Shown: positions 1 to 9,736, counted from the stretch's first letter. The stretch is DNA of 64,000 nt from Bacillales bacterium UBA6865 (GCA_002449265.1 DKCV01000015.1:31120-95119); one strand, 5' to 3'. Notes: generated from the letters alone by a model not told the origin. Translations and numbers: made by a program.

Positions 1-151
1 CATTACTCTTTTCTTCAGTTTTATCAGTTATAGATGCGCTTGCCTGGTTTGTATTTACCTGCGGTTGATCATCTAGTCGGCACGCTACTAAACACGAAGC
101 TGAAGTCAACGCTAATAGCGAAAGTCCAATCCATTTTGGTTTCATTAACAT
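1..151 (-). CDS. Lipoprotein, N-terminal part only (gene continues past window start)
   Basis: Reverse-strand reading from ATG (151..149) gives MLMKPKWIGLSLLALTSASCLVAC..., a signal peptide with lipobox LVAC. AAGGAG lies 9 nt upstream (rc of 161..166). The frame is open to position 1. Confidence 0.6.
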   Translation of the reverse strand, partial: MLMKPKWIGLSLLALTSASCLVACRLDDQPQVNTNQASASITDKTEEKSN

Positions 152-667
152 AAAAATATTCTCCTTAATAGTTTTGCTAGTTTTTATATTTGATGAGGTG
201 TGTTTTTGAGCTCAAAACACAAGAATTATCTAGGCAAGAATCTAGAGTTGTCAAAACAAATAATTTTGAAAAAGTTCGATATTTAGTGATATTTTTCGTT
301 ATTTATTTTCTTTAGTATTGCATTTATGAATAAAGAATCATTGCATTTATTGTTGTTTTCGAGAAAAGTTAAAAATGCAATATATACAGCAAATATTCCA
401 ATATTGTTAATTTTGGGTTTCCATCCGTTTTCCGTTTTAAGACATAAAATTTTCATTATGGGATTTAGAGCAGATTTTAAGAAAAAATATTTTTTCGTTT
501 TTATTGTCGTTTTGCTTGGATTTCGTTGTTTTTCATTCTTATAGCGACTAGGATAGATATTGGAAATGATGTCTTCCAGGTGAAAGCCGAACCGCTTAGA
601 AAGATAAGCTGATGACGTCTAGCCTATATTTGGTGGACCAAAATCAACTTATTCTAGGAGGTTTTTT

Positions 668-1924
668 ATGTCGATTTTCTTTAGCCTATTTTTAATCTTG
701 GTTGGAGGAGTGTTCGTTACTCTTGCTTTTAAAAAGATACATTTGCCCTCGCTAGCAGGATTGCTTCTATTTGGCATTTTTCTCCGCTTTTTGGAAGAGA
801 GATTTGGCGCTACTTCTTTTCACTTTATTGATCCAACAATTGATTTAATTTCTCCATTCTTACGCAAAATCGCTTTGATTACGATTCTTTCCAAAGCAGG
901 GTTATCTTTGAATCTTTCTGATTTAAAGAAAGTTGGAAGGCCTGCGATTCTTATGTCGTTTCTCCCAGCAACGATAGAAATGTGCACGATAGGGGTATTC
1001 GCTCCTCTTTTGTTCGGGATTTCATATGTTGATAGCTTCTTATTAGGTTCGGTTTTAGGAGCGGTGTCTCCGGCCGTGGTTGTTCCTATGATGAGTAAAC
1101 TCATGGATCAACATATTGGAACCGAAAAAGGGGTGCCGCAGCTTATTGTCGCTTCAAGCAGTATCGATGACATTGTGATGATTGTGTTTTATGAAGCTTT
1201 CTTAACTTTAGAAAAAGGGCAGGCGGTATCTATGATGACCTTCTTAAATATTCCCCTCTCTATTGTTAGCGGGATTGCGCTAGGAATCCTTCTTGGTTTC
1301 TTATTTTCGATTCTTTTTTGTAAATGCCATATCAATGATACTTTTAAATTGATTCTTTTATTTGGCATTAGCTTTGGATTGACGTATTTAGAAGAAATTG
1401 TGTCTCCCTATTTCGGGTTCTCTTCCTTACTTGCCGTGATTGCTTTATGCGTATTCTTGAACGCTAAAAGCAAGGAATTAGCTTCTATATTGGTTGAACG
1501 ATATTCTAAAATCTGGGTCATCGCAGAAATATTGCTCTTTGTGCTCATTGGGGCTTGTATCAAGATTGAATATGCTGGGATGTATTTCTTACTAGCTTTA
1601 GCCTTATTAGCAATTTCGCTTTCTTTCCGTTCTCTTGCGGTTACTACTTGTTTAATTAAAACCAATTTAAATTTCAAAGAGAGGCTTTTTGCGGTGATTT
1701 CCTTTCTTCCAAAAGCGACAGTGCAAGCTGCAATAGGCGGAGGGCTTCTTGATTATGGGAACTCGCTAATAGCGATTAATGCTAGCAATGCGAATGAAGT
1801 CGTGCGCGCTGGAACGATTGTTTTATCGGTCTCGGTCATCGCAATCTTAGTTACTGCCCCTTTAAGCGCGATATTGATGAATTTTTCTTACCCTTATTTG
1901 CTTAAAAAAGATGATTCTGTGTAG
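668..1924 (+). CDS. Cation:proton antiporter (Na+/H+ exchanger family)
   Basis: 418-aa ORF with AGGAGG 7 nt upstream. It is polytopic (10 or more hydrophobic helices along the whole length) and its layout matches the Na_H_Exchanger family. Confidence 0.75.
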   Translation: MSIFFSLFLILVGGVFVTLAFKKIHLPSLAGLLLFGIFLRFLEERFGATSFHFIDPTIDLISPFLRKIALITILSKAGLSLNLSDLKKVGRPAILMSFLPATIEMCTIGVFAPLLFGISYVDSFLLGSVLGAVSPAVVVPMMSKLMDQHIGTEKGVPQLIVASSSIDDIVMIVFYEAFLTLEKGQAVSMMTFLNIPLSIVSGIALGILLGFLFSILFCKCHINDTFKLILLFGISFGLTYLEEIVSPYFGFSSLLAVIALCVFLNAKSKELASILVERYSKIWVIAEILLFVLIGACIKIEYAGMYFLLALALLAISLSFRSLAVTTCLIKTNLNFKERLFAVISFLPKATVQAAIGGGLLDYGNSLIAINASNANEVVRAGTIVLSVSVIAILVTAPLSAILMNFSYPYLLKKDDSV

Positions 1925-2009
1925 CGATAATTCATTTTGCTCATGACGAAATTAGTTTGCTTTTTCTTTAATAGAAAATAGAATAGTACCTTGTGTTAGG
2001 AGAGCAAGG

Positions 2010-2483
2010 ATGAACTTACAAAGAAAAATCGGAATTGGCATACTTAGTGTAGCCTCTTTGTTTATGATGACCTCTTGTAATGAAGAGAGTGATTCTAGTG
2101 TCGAATATTATTATTCTACTTACGAGAAGTTGACGAACTGTAATGGCGATAATACCTATTATTCGTTTTATGTCTCAGTGATTGCTCCAGGGAACGATGA
2201 TTTCTCTTTGGAGACGAAAAAAGAAGATTTCAAAGTGAGTGATAATAACGGGAGTTATACTCCGATTGGCTTTATTAGCGAGCTTTCTAATTCTACTAGC
2301 AAAGTGAATGGCGTGACCAAAGAGACAAATCAGGTTACCTTAGTGGACACCTTCACATTTAAGAAAGTGGAAAATCAATGGGTTAACGCTCGCCTTTGCT
2401 TTAAAGATAATTTCGATAAACTAACGGCAAAAATCACTTATAAAAATATTACAATGAGTGTTGATCCTGGTAATGCTTTTTAG
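2010..2483 (+). CDS. Small lipoprotein, unknown function
   Basis: 157 aa with a signal peptide and lipobox (SLFMMTSC) and an SD-like GGAGAG upstream. I recognise no domain. Confidence 0.6.
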   Translation: MNLQRKIGIGILSVASLFMMTSCNEESDSSVEYYYSTYEKLTNCNGDNTYYSFYVSVIAPGNDDFSLETKKEDFKVSDNNGSYTPIGFISELSNSTSKVNGVTKETNQVTLVDTFTFKKVENQWVNARLCFKDNFDKLTAKITYKNITMSVDPGNAF

Positions 2484-2551
2484 TTATTGAGCGTTATCAA
2501 TTTTGTTTGATGTTATTGAATCGGTAACGATTTGATACTTGCGTTTTAAAA

Positions 2552-2581
2552 AGGCTATGGTCAAGCGATCATGGCCTTTTT
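2552..2581. terminator. Bidirectional intrinsic terminator between convergent genes
   Basis: Hairpin AGGCTATGGTC-aagc-GATCATGGCCT, flanked by an A-run upstream and TTTTT downstream. Confidence 0.75.
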
Positions 2582-2600
2582 GGTTAATAAGGTTCCCCGG

Positions 2601-4349
2601 TTATTTCTTTTTTGCAAAGCGAAGAGAATCTAATGAAACTGCCGCTAGTAAGATAGTTCCTTTGATAATGAACTGCCAATAGGAAGAAGCACCCATTAAG
2701 GATAAAACGTAGCTTAATCCCGTAAAGATACAGCACCCGATGACGGCCCCTTTGACTTTTCCAATGCCTCCTAAGAAAGACACTCCTCCAACAACGCAAG
2801 CGGCGATTGCGTCTAATTCATAGCCATAGCCTGCGTTTGAAGCTGGGTTAGAGGTAAAAGCGAAGAAGAAAGAGCCAAAACCATATAGGATGCCTGCCAT
2901 AATGAAGACACCGAACGTGACTTTAAAGCAAGAAATGCCAGATACCGTCGCAGCTTCTGGATTTCCACCGACTGCGAACATATTTTTGCCAAATCTAGTT
3001 TTGTTCCAAATAAACCAAACCACTATGATAGCGATTACGGCATAAATGATATATTTCGGGAAGCCATCACTTCCGCCGATTCTGCCCAATATAATATCAT
3101 CGACCCCTTTTACATCTGGTGGTCCGGTAGGGGTACCAGAGGTAGCAACATACCCTAGTCCATAAACAATCATCATAGTCGATAAGGTGGTGATAAAGGC
3201 GTGGATTTTAAATTTTGCAGTGAAAAATCCTGCGATTGAGGCGAATAAAGTAGTCGCAAATATTGCAATAAGTAATGCTAAAACGACTCTGAGCTCTACT
3301 GGGATTCCATCCAAATTGATGAAGTGCCCGAATAAGGTTGCAGGAAGCGTTCCTTCATGGAGCAAGAAACCAACGCAGACGCTTCCTAACCCAACAAGCC
3401 TCCCGACCGATAGGTCTGTTCCTCCTAATACGATGAGCCCTGCAACCCCCAATGTGAAAAAGATTCTTGAAGATGCGCTTTCTAAATATCCGGAGATATT
3501 CTCCCAAGTAAGGATGTTGCCTGATCCTACAATCGGGGAAACGATGAAACAAGCGATAAAAAATAGCGCTACAGCGATATATAAAGCATTATTGATTAGC
3601 GTTTCTTTTAAAGAAAAGGCGTGATGGTAATTTTTGAATTTGCGTTCTATTCCTTCCGTTAGGCTTAATTTTCCATCTCTAACGATACTAATTTTGCTAT
3701 AACGCGCTAAATAGGCATTAAAGGCCATGTTTTTCTTTTTATTAATCACTTCGGCGTGACGATTCTTCTCGTCGCGAAGAGAAGAAAGATAGGCGACTTT
3801 CAGTGAATTCAAATCATCTTTGCATTCGTTTTTTAAGTTTGATAATTCCTTTTTGTATTGCGCTTTTTCAGCCGAATTTAAGCTCGCTAGATTCCCTCCT
3901 TTCTCCTTTTTAAACGCTAAAACCCTTTCTTGGTTTCTCTTTTTTAAATCGCTTTTATCGATATGGTAACGTTCTTTTAATTCTTTTACTTTTGCGCGAT
4001 GAATCACTTTATCCTCGATAAGCAATTTTTTGCCATGGCTAGTCATTTCCTTTTCATAAGGGAGTGAAGCTTTTACGATATAGCCAATTGCTTCTTTGGC
4101 TACTTGTTGGATCTCGCCCTTCTTTTCTTTTTTATCTTTTTGTGCTTCTTTAATCAGCGCTTGGTTAGAAAGGATGATTTTATTTCGCGTTACTTCATCA
4201 ATGATTTTGGCGTGTTTGATGTTATAAAGCTCTTCTTTTAAAGCGGCGATTTTCGTGGATCCTTCTTTTCGCAAAAAGGAAAGATGGTCTAAATAAGCTT
4301 GGACCTTTTTATCCGTTTCTAAAGGAGAAACCATTTCTTCGTTTGTCAT
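2601..4349 (-). CDS. Sugar ABC transporter permease (MglC/RbsC type) with long N-terminal coiled-coil extension
   Basis: 582-aa ORF with GGAGGT 8 nt upstream of the ATG. The C-terminal ~330 aa form a polytopic MglC/RbsC-like domain; the first ~250 aa are K/E-rich with no TM. It is in an operon with the ATPase and binding protein. Confidence 0.8.
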   Translation of the reverse strand: MTNEEMVSPLETDKKVQAYLDHLSFLRKEGSTKIAALKEELYNIKHAKIIDEVTRNKIILSNQALIKEAQKDKKEKKGEIQQVAKEAIGYIVKASLPYEKEMTSHGKKLLIEDKVIHRAKVKELKERYHIDKSDLKKRNQERVLAFKKEKGGNLASLNSAEKAQYKKELSNLKNECKDDLNSLKVAYLSSLRDEKNRHAEVINKKKNMAFNAYLARYSKISIVRDGKLSLTEGIERKFKNYHHAFSLKETLINNALYIAVALFFIACFIVSPIVGSGNILTWENISGYLESASSRIFFTLGVAGLIVLGGTDLSVGRLVGLGSVCVGFLLHEGTLPATLFGHFINLDGIPVELRVVLALLIAIFATTLFASIAGFFTAKFKIHAFITTLSTMMIVYGLGYVATSGTPTGPPDVKGVDDIILGRIGGSDGFPKYIIYAVIAIIVVWFIWNKTRFGKNMFAVGGNPEAATVSGISCFKVTFGVFIMAGILYGFGSFFFAFTSNPASNAGYGYELDAIAACVVGGVSFLGGIGKVKGAVIGCCIFTGLSYVLSLMGASSYWQFIIKGTILLAAVSLDSLRFAKKK

Positions 4350-4363
4350 AATATTACCTCCGT

Positions 4364-5863
4364 CTATAGATATTTCGCCGATAAGCGCAATAACTCTTCT
4401 TGCGTTGCGCTTTTTGTATTCACAATCCCGCTTAATCGATGATTGCTCATCACCGCGATGCGATTGGTGATTCCTAGAATCTCAGGCATTTCCGAAGTGA
4501 CCACAATGATGGTTTTGCCTGCCTTAGCCATATTCACCATCAATTCGTATATCTCGTATTTCGCCCCAACGTCGATTCCTCGCGTTGGTTCATCCATTAG
4601 GAAGATATCGGGATTTCTATCCATCCATTTACCAAGAATGATTTTTTGTTGATTTCCACCCGATAGAGAGGTGATTGGATCATGGATAGAATTTGCTTTG
4701 GTTTTCATTAATTCCATCTCTTTTTTCGTAGCGAGTTCCATTTTTCTCACTTGCAAGATGTGGTATTTCAAATACCGCTCCAGATTGGTGATCGTGGTAT
4801 TGAAGACCAAATCCGCTTTCGAGAAGATGCCGTTAATCTTTCTTTCTTCCGTCACGAGGGCGAAATTATAAGACATCGCTTCTTTTGCCCCATTGAACCG
4901 TAATCTTTTTTCGTGGTATTTTAGGTAGCCTGTCGCGAGCTTTCGTAAGCCAAAGAGGGCTTCTAATAATTCGCTTCGTCCAGCGCCCACTAAACCGTAT
5001 ATTCCGAATATTTCGCCTTTTTTGACACTGAAATTGATGTCTTTTAGGAAAGGAGGATAAGCGGTGGAAAGATTTTTCACTTCTAAAATAACTTCCTCAG
5101 GCTTATTCCTTAATGTAGGGAATCGGTTCGTAAGAGGCCTACCAACCATTGCTGCAATGAGATCGTTCATATTCGTGGATTTGGTTGATTTACTCATGAT
5201 GAGCTCACCATCACGCAAAACAGTTACCTCATCGCATATTTTGAAGATTTCGTCGATTTTATGGGAAATGTAAATAAAAGAAACCCCTTTTTTCTTGAGC
5301 GAGGTGATGATTTCGAATAACCGGGAGATTTCGCGGTCAGAAAGAGAAGAAGTGGGCTCGTCTAGGATTATGACTTTTGCATCATAAGAAACGGCTTTGG
5401 CGATTTCGACCATTTGTCGTTCTGAAACCGATAGTTTCTTCGCTAGAACCATTGGATCGATACTAAGGGACAAAGAAGAGAACAAGCGCATGGCCTTTTC
5501 TTTCATTTTGGCTTCATCGATAATCCCGAAGCGATTTACGATATAGCGACCTAAAAAGAGATTATCCAAAACCGTTCTCTCTAGGCATTGATTCAATTCT
5601 TGGTGGACCATGGCTACCCCATGCTCTAATGCGTTTTTCGGGTTAAGGAAATTTGTCTTTTTTCCTTGGAAAACGATGGTGCCTTCGTCTTTAGAATAAA
5701 CGCCAAAAAGGCATTTCATCAATGTACTTTTCCCTGCGCCGTTTTCTCCCATCAAGCCCAGGATTGACCCGGGCTTGATTTTAAGGCTGACGTTATGAAG
5801 AACGTGATTGTCGCCGAATGATTTCGATAAATTATTGATTTCGAGGATGTATGATTTTTTCAT
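4364..5863 (-). CDS. Sugar ABC transporter ATP-binding protein, duplicated ABC cassette (MglA/RbsA type)
   Basis: Walker A GENGAGKST and a second GLVGAGRSE. Signatures LSVSERQ and LSGGNQQK. Walker B IILDEPT and FLMDEPT. 499 aa. Confidence 0.9.
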   Translation of the reverse strand: MKKSYILEINNLSKSFGDNHVLHNVSLKIKPGSILGLMGENGAGKSTLMKCLFGVYSKDEGTIVFQGKKTNFLNPKNALEHGVAMVHQELNQCLERTVLDNLFLGRYIVNRFGIIDEAKMKEKAMRLFSSLSLSIDPMVLAKKLSVSERQMVEIAKAVSYDAKVIILDEPTSSLSDREISRLFEIITSLKKKGVSFIYISHKIDEIFKICDEVTVLRDGELIMSKSTKSTNMNDLIAAMVGRPLTNRFPTLRNKPEEVILEVKNLSTAYPPFLKDINFSVKKGEIFGIYGLVGAGRSELLEALFGLRKLATGYLKYHEKRLRFNGAKEAMSYNFALVTEERKINGIFSKADLVFNTTITNLERYLKYHILQVRKMELATKKEMELMKTKANSIHDPITSLSGGNQQKIILGKWMDRNPDIFLMDEPTRGIDVGAKYEIYELMVNMAKAGKTIIVVTSEMPEILGITNRIAVMSNHRLSGIVNTKSATQEELLRLSAKYL

Positions 5864-5868
5864 ACTTT

Positions 5869-7095
5869 TTAATGAAGCTTCTTTGTGTAAATTGAGCCAG
5901 AATTCGTTTTGACCATGTTAATGGCGTAAGCGTCGTATTTCCCTAAGTTAACAAACTTTTCGGATACGGATTTTTCTTCTTGCCCATCGCCTTCCACTTT
6001 GTGGATTTCGATGTTCATGAGTTTTTGATAATGGTCAAGGGCTGGCCAATAAGAAGCGCTTAAGAAGTTATCGGAGCCATTGTATAAATCAAGCCAGACC
6101 TTGATTTTCTTAATGTCTTTTTGCTTGGTGATGTCTTTGATTCCTTCATCGCGTTTTGCCCCGATATAGGAGTCTACGTTTATGGAAGTGACCGCGGAAT
6201 TATTCGCCATGATGGCTCTATCTTTTTCTACATAGTCCATCTTCGGCGTAATCTTATTGCCCCATTTATCGGGTTCGCTGAAGCCTTTTTTGATGACGTT
6301 TTCGCCTTTTTCGCCGTCGATGATATTACGGATAAGCTGTAAAACTCCTATCGCTTGCGCGTCAACGTTTTGGGAAACGGTTCCGGTCATTTTCCCGTTT
6401 TTGATTGCTTCTAAAGCGTCGGCATTCGCGTCATAACCGAATAACGGGAGACCTTCAATCCAAGCGGTGGACCCTCTCATTCCTCCTGCCATCCCGTCGT
6501 TATTAGAAACGGCGAAGTCGATGCTATTGCTCGCACCTATTTTTTCGCTGCTTTTCCAGCTGATGAATGCTTTTCCAGCCGCATCCGCATTCCAGCCAGC
6601 GCCATCATCTGCCGCCATGACTTGGGAGGCCAATTCTTCGACAAGTATTTTCTTGTCCTTGAGCTGGATTTCGCCCACCTTGCAGACTCCCGCCTTGTAG
6701 TTTTCTTTCGCTTTCTTTTCATCGGTGACTAAAGTCCCTAACGCTTTTCGAATTCCGATGGTTCTAGCTCTTGAATCATTATGGGCTTCGTCTCCGATTG
6801 CGAGGACATAGCCAAGTTTTCCGTCTTTGTTCCTATCGACCTCGTCTGAGGTTTTCTCCTTGAAATAGTCAAGAATCATTTGCCCTTGCACGTCTCCTCC
6901 CCTTATCGCGTCAAAGCCAACATAGAAGGTGTTCTCGGAAAAACCCATGGTTTTATGATCGATACCCGAAGCGTCTGGCATCGAAGGCTGACGGTTGAAG
7001 AAGATGAGGGGTTTGTCCTTATTTGGCGTGCCGCCACAGGAAAGTAGCATAGCCACAAACGGGACAATGCAGAGAATTTTTTTGTGAGTTTTCAT
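5869..7095 (-). CDS. Sugar ABC transporter substrate-binding lipoprotein (MglB-like)
   Basis: Signal peptide with lipobox LLSCGG and a type-I periplasmic-binding-protein-like sequence. It is the first gene of a three-gene operon with the ATPase and permease. Confidence 0.75.
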   Translation of the reverse strand: MKTHKKILCIVPFVAMLLSCGGTPNKDKPLIFFNRQPSMPDASGIDHKTMGFSENTFYVGFDAIRGGDVQGQMILDYFKEKTSDEVDRNKDGKLGYVLAIGDEAHNDSRARTIGIRKALGTLVTDEKKAKENYKAGVCKVGEIQLKDKKILVEELASQVMAADDGAGWNADAAGKAFISWKSSEKIGASNSIDFAVSNNDGMAGGMRGSTAWIEGLPLFGYDANADALEAIKNGKMTGTVSQNVDAQAIGVLQLIRNIIDGEKGENVIKKGFSEPDKWGNKITPKMDYVEKDRAIMANNSAVTSINVDSYIGAKRDEGIKDITKQKDIKKIKVWLDLYNGSDNFLSASYWPALDHYQKLMNIEIHKVEGDGQEEKSVSEKFVNLGKYDAYAINMVKTNSGSIYTKKLH

Positions 7096-7442
7096 TTTTC
7101 ACTCCTTTTTCTTTTCGCGTATCATTCTTACGGAAAGCCCTTACATTTAAAATGGAATAAACTTCACAGTTTTCGAAAAAACTACACTGATAGCAATTGA
7201 AGACAAGATGCCATCGTATAAAAAGAAAAGTAGAGTCTTAATCCTTTTTAACAAAATTCATGCTTTTTGAAATTGCGGTGAAAAAAGAAGTGATTGTCTT
7301 TTTATTGCCGTTTATGGTAGAGTCTTTCACCGGAAACAAACATGAAGCTACGGAAAGAGTCCCTCAATCGTTTGAAAAAACATAGGGGTAGTATTTTCTT
7401 CTTTGGAGTTTCAGTTTCTAAATTCCATCTCGTTTCAGTTTT

Positions 7443-7473
7443 AGGGGCTTAGTTATCTAAGTCCCTTTTTCTT
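7443..7473 (+). terminator. Terminator-like hairpin in the leader of the uracil permease-upp operon (candidate attenuator)
   Basis: AGGGGCTTAG-ttat-CTAAGTCCCT followed by TTTTTCTT, ending 35 nt before the SD-supported start at 7508. Confidence 0.55.
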
Positions 7474-7507
7474 AATGCGATATGGCAAAAACAAGGAGGG
7501 CTTTGGC

Positions 7508-9058
7508 ATGAACCAAGCAAAAAAATTAATTCTCGATGTTAACGAGAGCCCCAAGAAGATCTCGGAATGGATCATCTTGGCTATTCAACACGTGCTTGCG
7601 ATGTTTGTCGCTTGTATCACCGTCCCACTTCTCGTATTCGCTGGGCCACTTACGGTTGGCGAAGGATTCCTTAATGCGGGGGCGAAGGTTCCTTATATTA
7701 ATATCTATGGCCAAAGCTTAGCGCAAACGATGATTGCTCCTACGCTTGTCGCGGCTGGAATCGGCACCATCATTTACTTAGTTCTCACCAAAATGAAAAG
7801 CCCCGTCTTCCTTGCTTCTAGCTTTGCTTATATCGCCCCAATGAGTGGCGCATTAATGCTAGGGGCGATTCCCGCTAGCATGGGGAGTGACGGATTAGCG
7901 CATGCCGCAAGCGCTGGAGAAACCGTCATTGGATTCTTCGGAAACGTTTGGGCCCTTCCTATTGGCATGGCGATGGTTGGCTTAGTGTATGTCGTTGTCG
8001 CTATTATCATTCGCTTCGCTGGCGTAAATTGGTTAAACAAATTACTTCCTACTATTGTCATAGGACCAGTCATTATGGTCATTGGGTTAGGGCTAAGCGT
8101 TAGCGCCGTCAATAACCTTATGTCGAGTAGCGGAAATGGCGATAGCTATAACCTTATCGCGATTCTTTCTGGGATTGTTGGTATGGCCGTGACCGCTTTA
8201 TGCGCGCATTATGGCAAAAAGACGTTGAGCCTTATCCCATTCGTCATGGGAATGCTTGCAGGTTATTTAACTGCCGCCATTTTTACCGCAATTGGATATT
8301 ATGGCTGCCATAACGACTATTTCCACATCATCGATTTCTCTCCGATCGTTAATAATTTCAAAGAAATCAGCATCCGTAGTTTCTTCGATCTTCCAAGCTT
8401 TATCTTCCTCAAAGAGAATTTCAAGGCTGCCGCCCCAGTTACGGGCCCGCAGATTGGAAGCATTGCCTTATTATTCATCCCGGTTTCTTTGGTTACGATT
8501 TGCGAGCATATTGGTGACCATAAAAACCTTTCTGGCATTATTGACCGCGATTTACTTGTTGACCCAGGCTTATCAAGAACTTTGATGGGGGATGGCATTG
8601 CTACAGCGGTAAGCGGAATGCTATGCGGCGCTGCAAATACAACGTATGGCGAAAACGTGGCTGTCGTTGGCGTTACGAAAATCGCAAGTGTGAAAGTCAT
8701 CCTTCTTGCGTGCATCATGAGTGTTCTATTGGGATTCCTCTCTCCGATTATGTCGATTGTTGAAACGATCCCTGCTTGTGTGACGGGCGGAGTTTCTCTC
8801 CTCCTATACGGGTTTATCGCTGCAAGCGGAGTGAAGATGCTAATCAACGAGCAAATCGATATGTCAAAAACCAAAAACATCTTCGTTGCCTCGGCAATTC
8901 TAGTCGCTGGAATCGGCGGCTTAGTGATTAGCTTCGTACTCAATGACACAACCGTTACGATCACTTCCACGGCCGTAAGCATGATTTTAGGAATTTTAAT
9001 GAATATCATGCTTCGCGAAAAAATAGAACCAGCTAAAATAGAGTCAGATAATAAATAA
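7508..9058 (+). CDS. pyrP: Uracil permease (NCS2 / uracil-xanthine permease family)
   Basis: Polytopic NCS2-like sequence (EWIILAIQHVLAMFVACITVPLLV...). The start is chosen at ATG 7508 with AAGGAGGG 8 nt upstream; the ORF track starts at 7475. upp follows immediately. Confidence 0.8.
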   Translation: MNQAKKLILDVNESPKKISEWIILAIQHVLAMFVACITVPLLVFAGPLTVGEGFLNAGAKVPYINIYGQSLAQTMIAPTLVAAGIGTIIYLVLTKMKSPVFLASSFAYIAPMSGALMLGAIPASMGSDGLAHAASAGETVIGFFGNVWALPIGMAMVGLVYVVVAIIIRFAGVNWLNKLLPTIVIGPVIMVIGLGLSVSAVNNLMSSSGNGDSYNLIAILSGIVGMAVTALCAHYGKKTLSLIPFVMGMLAGYLTAAIFTAIGYYGCHNDYFHIIDFSPIVNNFKEISIRSFFDLPSFIFLKENFKAAAPVTGPQIGSIALLFIPVSLVTICEHIGDHKNLSGIIDRDLLVDPGLSRTLMGDGIATAVSGMLCGAANTTYGENVAVVGVTKIASVKVILLACIMSVLLGFLSPIMSIVETIPACVTGGVSLLLYGFIAASGVKMLINEQIDMSKTKNIFVASAILVAGIGGLVISFVLNDTTVTITSTAVSMILGILMNIMLREKIEPAKIESDNK

Positions 9059-9072
9059 GGAGAAACGCATAT

Positions 9073-9720
9073 ATGAATATTAAAGATTACCCAAACCTCA
9101 CTCTTCTAGATCACCCTTTACTAAAACACAAAATCTCTCATCTAAGAATGAAGGAAACCCCAACGAGCGAATTCCGTCAATTCGTGAAGGAAATCGCCAT
9201 GATGGAAGGCTTCGAAGCGTTACGTGGATTAAAGACGGTTCCAACCGAAATTCATACTCCAATCGAAGACACGATTCAGCCAATGGTGGAAGGTAGCAAA
9301 TTATGCTTTGTTCCAATCCTTCGCGCCGGTATGGGAATGGTAGACGGAATGACCGCTTTAATTCCTACTGCTCATGTGGGGCATATTGGTTTATACCGTG
9401 ATGAAGTAACGCACGAACCTCACGAATATTATTGCAAGCTTCCTGGCGGACTTGAAAATATGGATGTCTATATCCTTGACCCAATGCTTGCGACAGGTGG
9501 CTCTGCAATTGATGCAATTAAGATGCTCCGTAAACACGGTGCAAAGAAGATTTCCTTCATTTGCATTATCGCCGCTCCAGAAGGAGTGGAAGCTTTTGAA
9601 AAAGCGAATCCAGAAGTGCCTCTTTATATTGGCGCTCTTGACCGCGAGCTCAATCAAAACGCCTATATTTGCCCAGGACTAGGCGATGCTGGCGACCGAA
9701 TCTTTGGCACGACGAAATAA
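9073..9720 (+). CDS. upp: Uracil phosphoribosyltransferase
   Basis: 215 aa with an N-terminus typical of Upp (LDHPLLKHKISHLR), the PRPP loop (YILDPMLATGGSA) and the C-terminal motif (YICPGLGDAGDRIFGT). Confidence 0.95.
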   Translation: MNIKDYPNLTLLDHPLLKHKISHLRMKETPTSEFRQFVKEIAMMEGFEALRGLKTVPTEIHTPIEDTIQPMVEGSKLCFVPILRAGMGMVDGMTALIPTAHVGHIGLYRDEVTHEPHEYYCKLPGGLENMDVYILDPMLATGGSAIDAIKMLRKHGAKKISFICIIAAPEGVEAFEKANPEVPLYIGALDRELNQNAYICPGLGDAGDRIFGTTK

Positions 9721-9736
9721 CGCATTAGATTTTGAT

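Noticed and set aside
199-221. Near-palindrome GTGTTTTTGAG|CTCAAAACAC centred on GAGCTC, plus three ATTGCAT(TTAT) motifs at about 318, 341 and 372 (the last inverted).
   Set aside because: It could be an operator set for the flanking divergent genes. However, it has one indel, no obvious promoter geometry and no regulator gene nearby. The evidence is insufficient to call.
326-544. 72-aa ORF in the 516-bp gap upstream of the antiporter gene.
   Set aside because: There is no SD. The sequence is extremely T-rich and low-complexity (repeated CGTTTT strings), and the 'protein' is just F/L/I/K translation of AT-rich DNA. Most likely it is a spurious ORF in a promoter or curved-DNA region.
541-667. 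Possible ion-responsive riboswitch (c-di-AMP, Na+/Li+, Mn2+ classes) in the antiporter leader.
   Set aside because: I could fold only short, mutually exclusive 4-5-bp hairpins (TGGAA/TTCCA at 561..578, AAGC/GCTT at 584..597, GCTTA/TAAGC at 594..609). There is no terminator and no SD-sequestering complement. I saw no match to the conserved cores I remember (for example ACGGGGA/CCCG of ydaO). A cmscan would settle it.
7320-7400. PyrR binding loops in the pyrP-upp leader.
   Set aside because: The diagnostic UCCAGAGAGG loop is not present; only loose resemblances occur (AGAGTCCCTCAA). I kept the terminator as a generic attenuator instead.
8317-9009. Long antisense 'shadow' ORFs. Examples: 230 aa opposite the uracil permease, 223 aa and 156 aa opposite rny (53092..53763, 53568..54038), 145 aa opposite the ABC permease (3187..3624), and 148 aa at 9861..10307.
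   Set aside because: Each lies entirely within, and antisense to, a gene with clear family motifs. They have no SD, and their composition is typical of reverse-frame translation.
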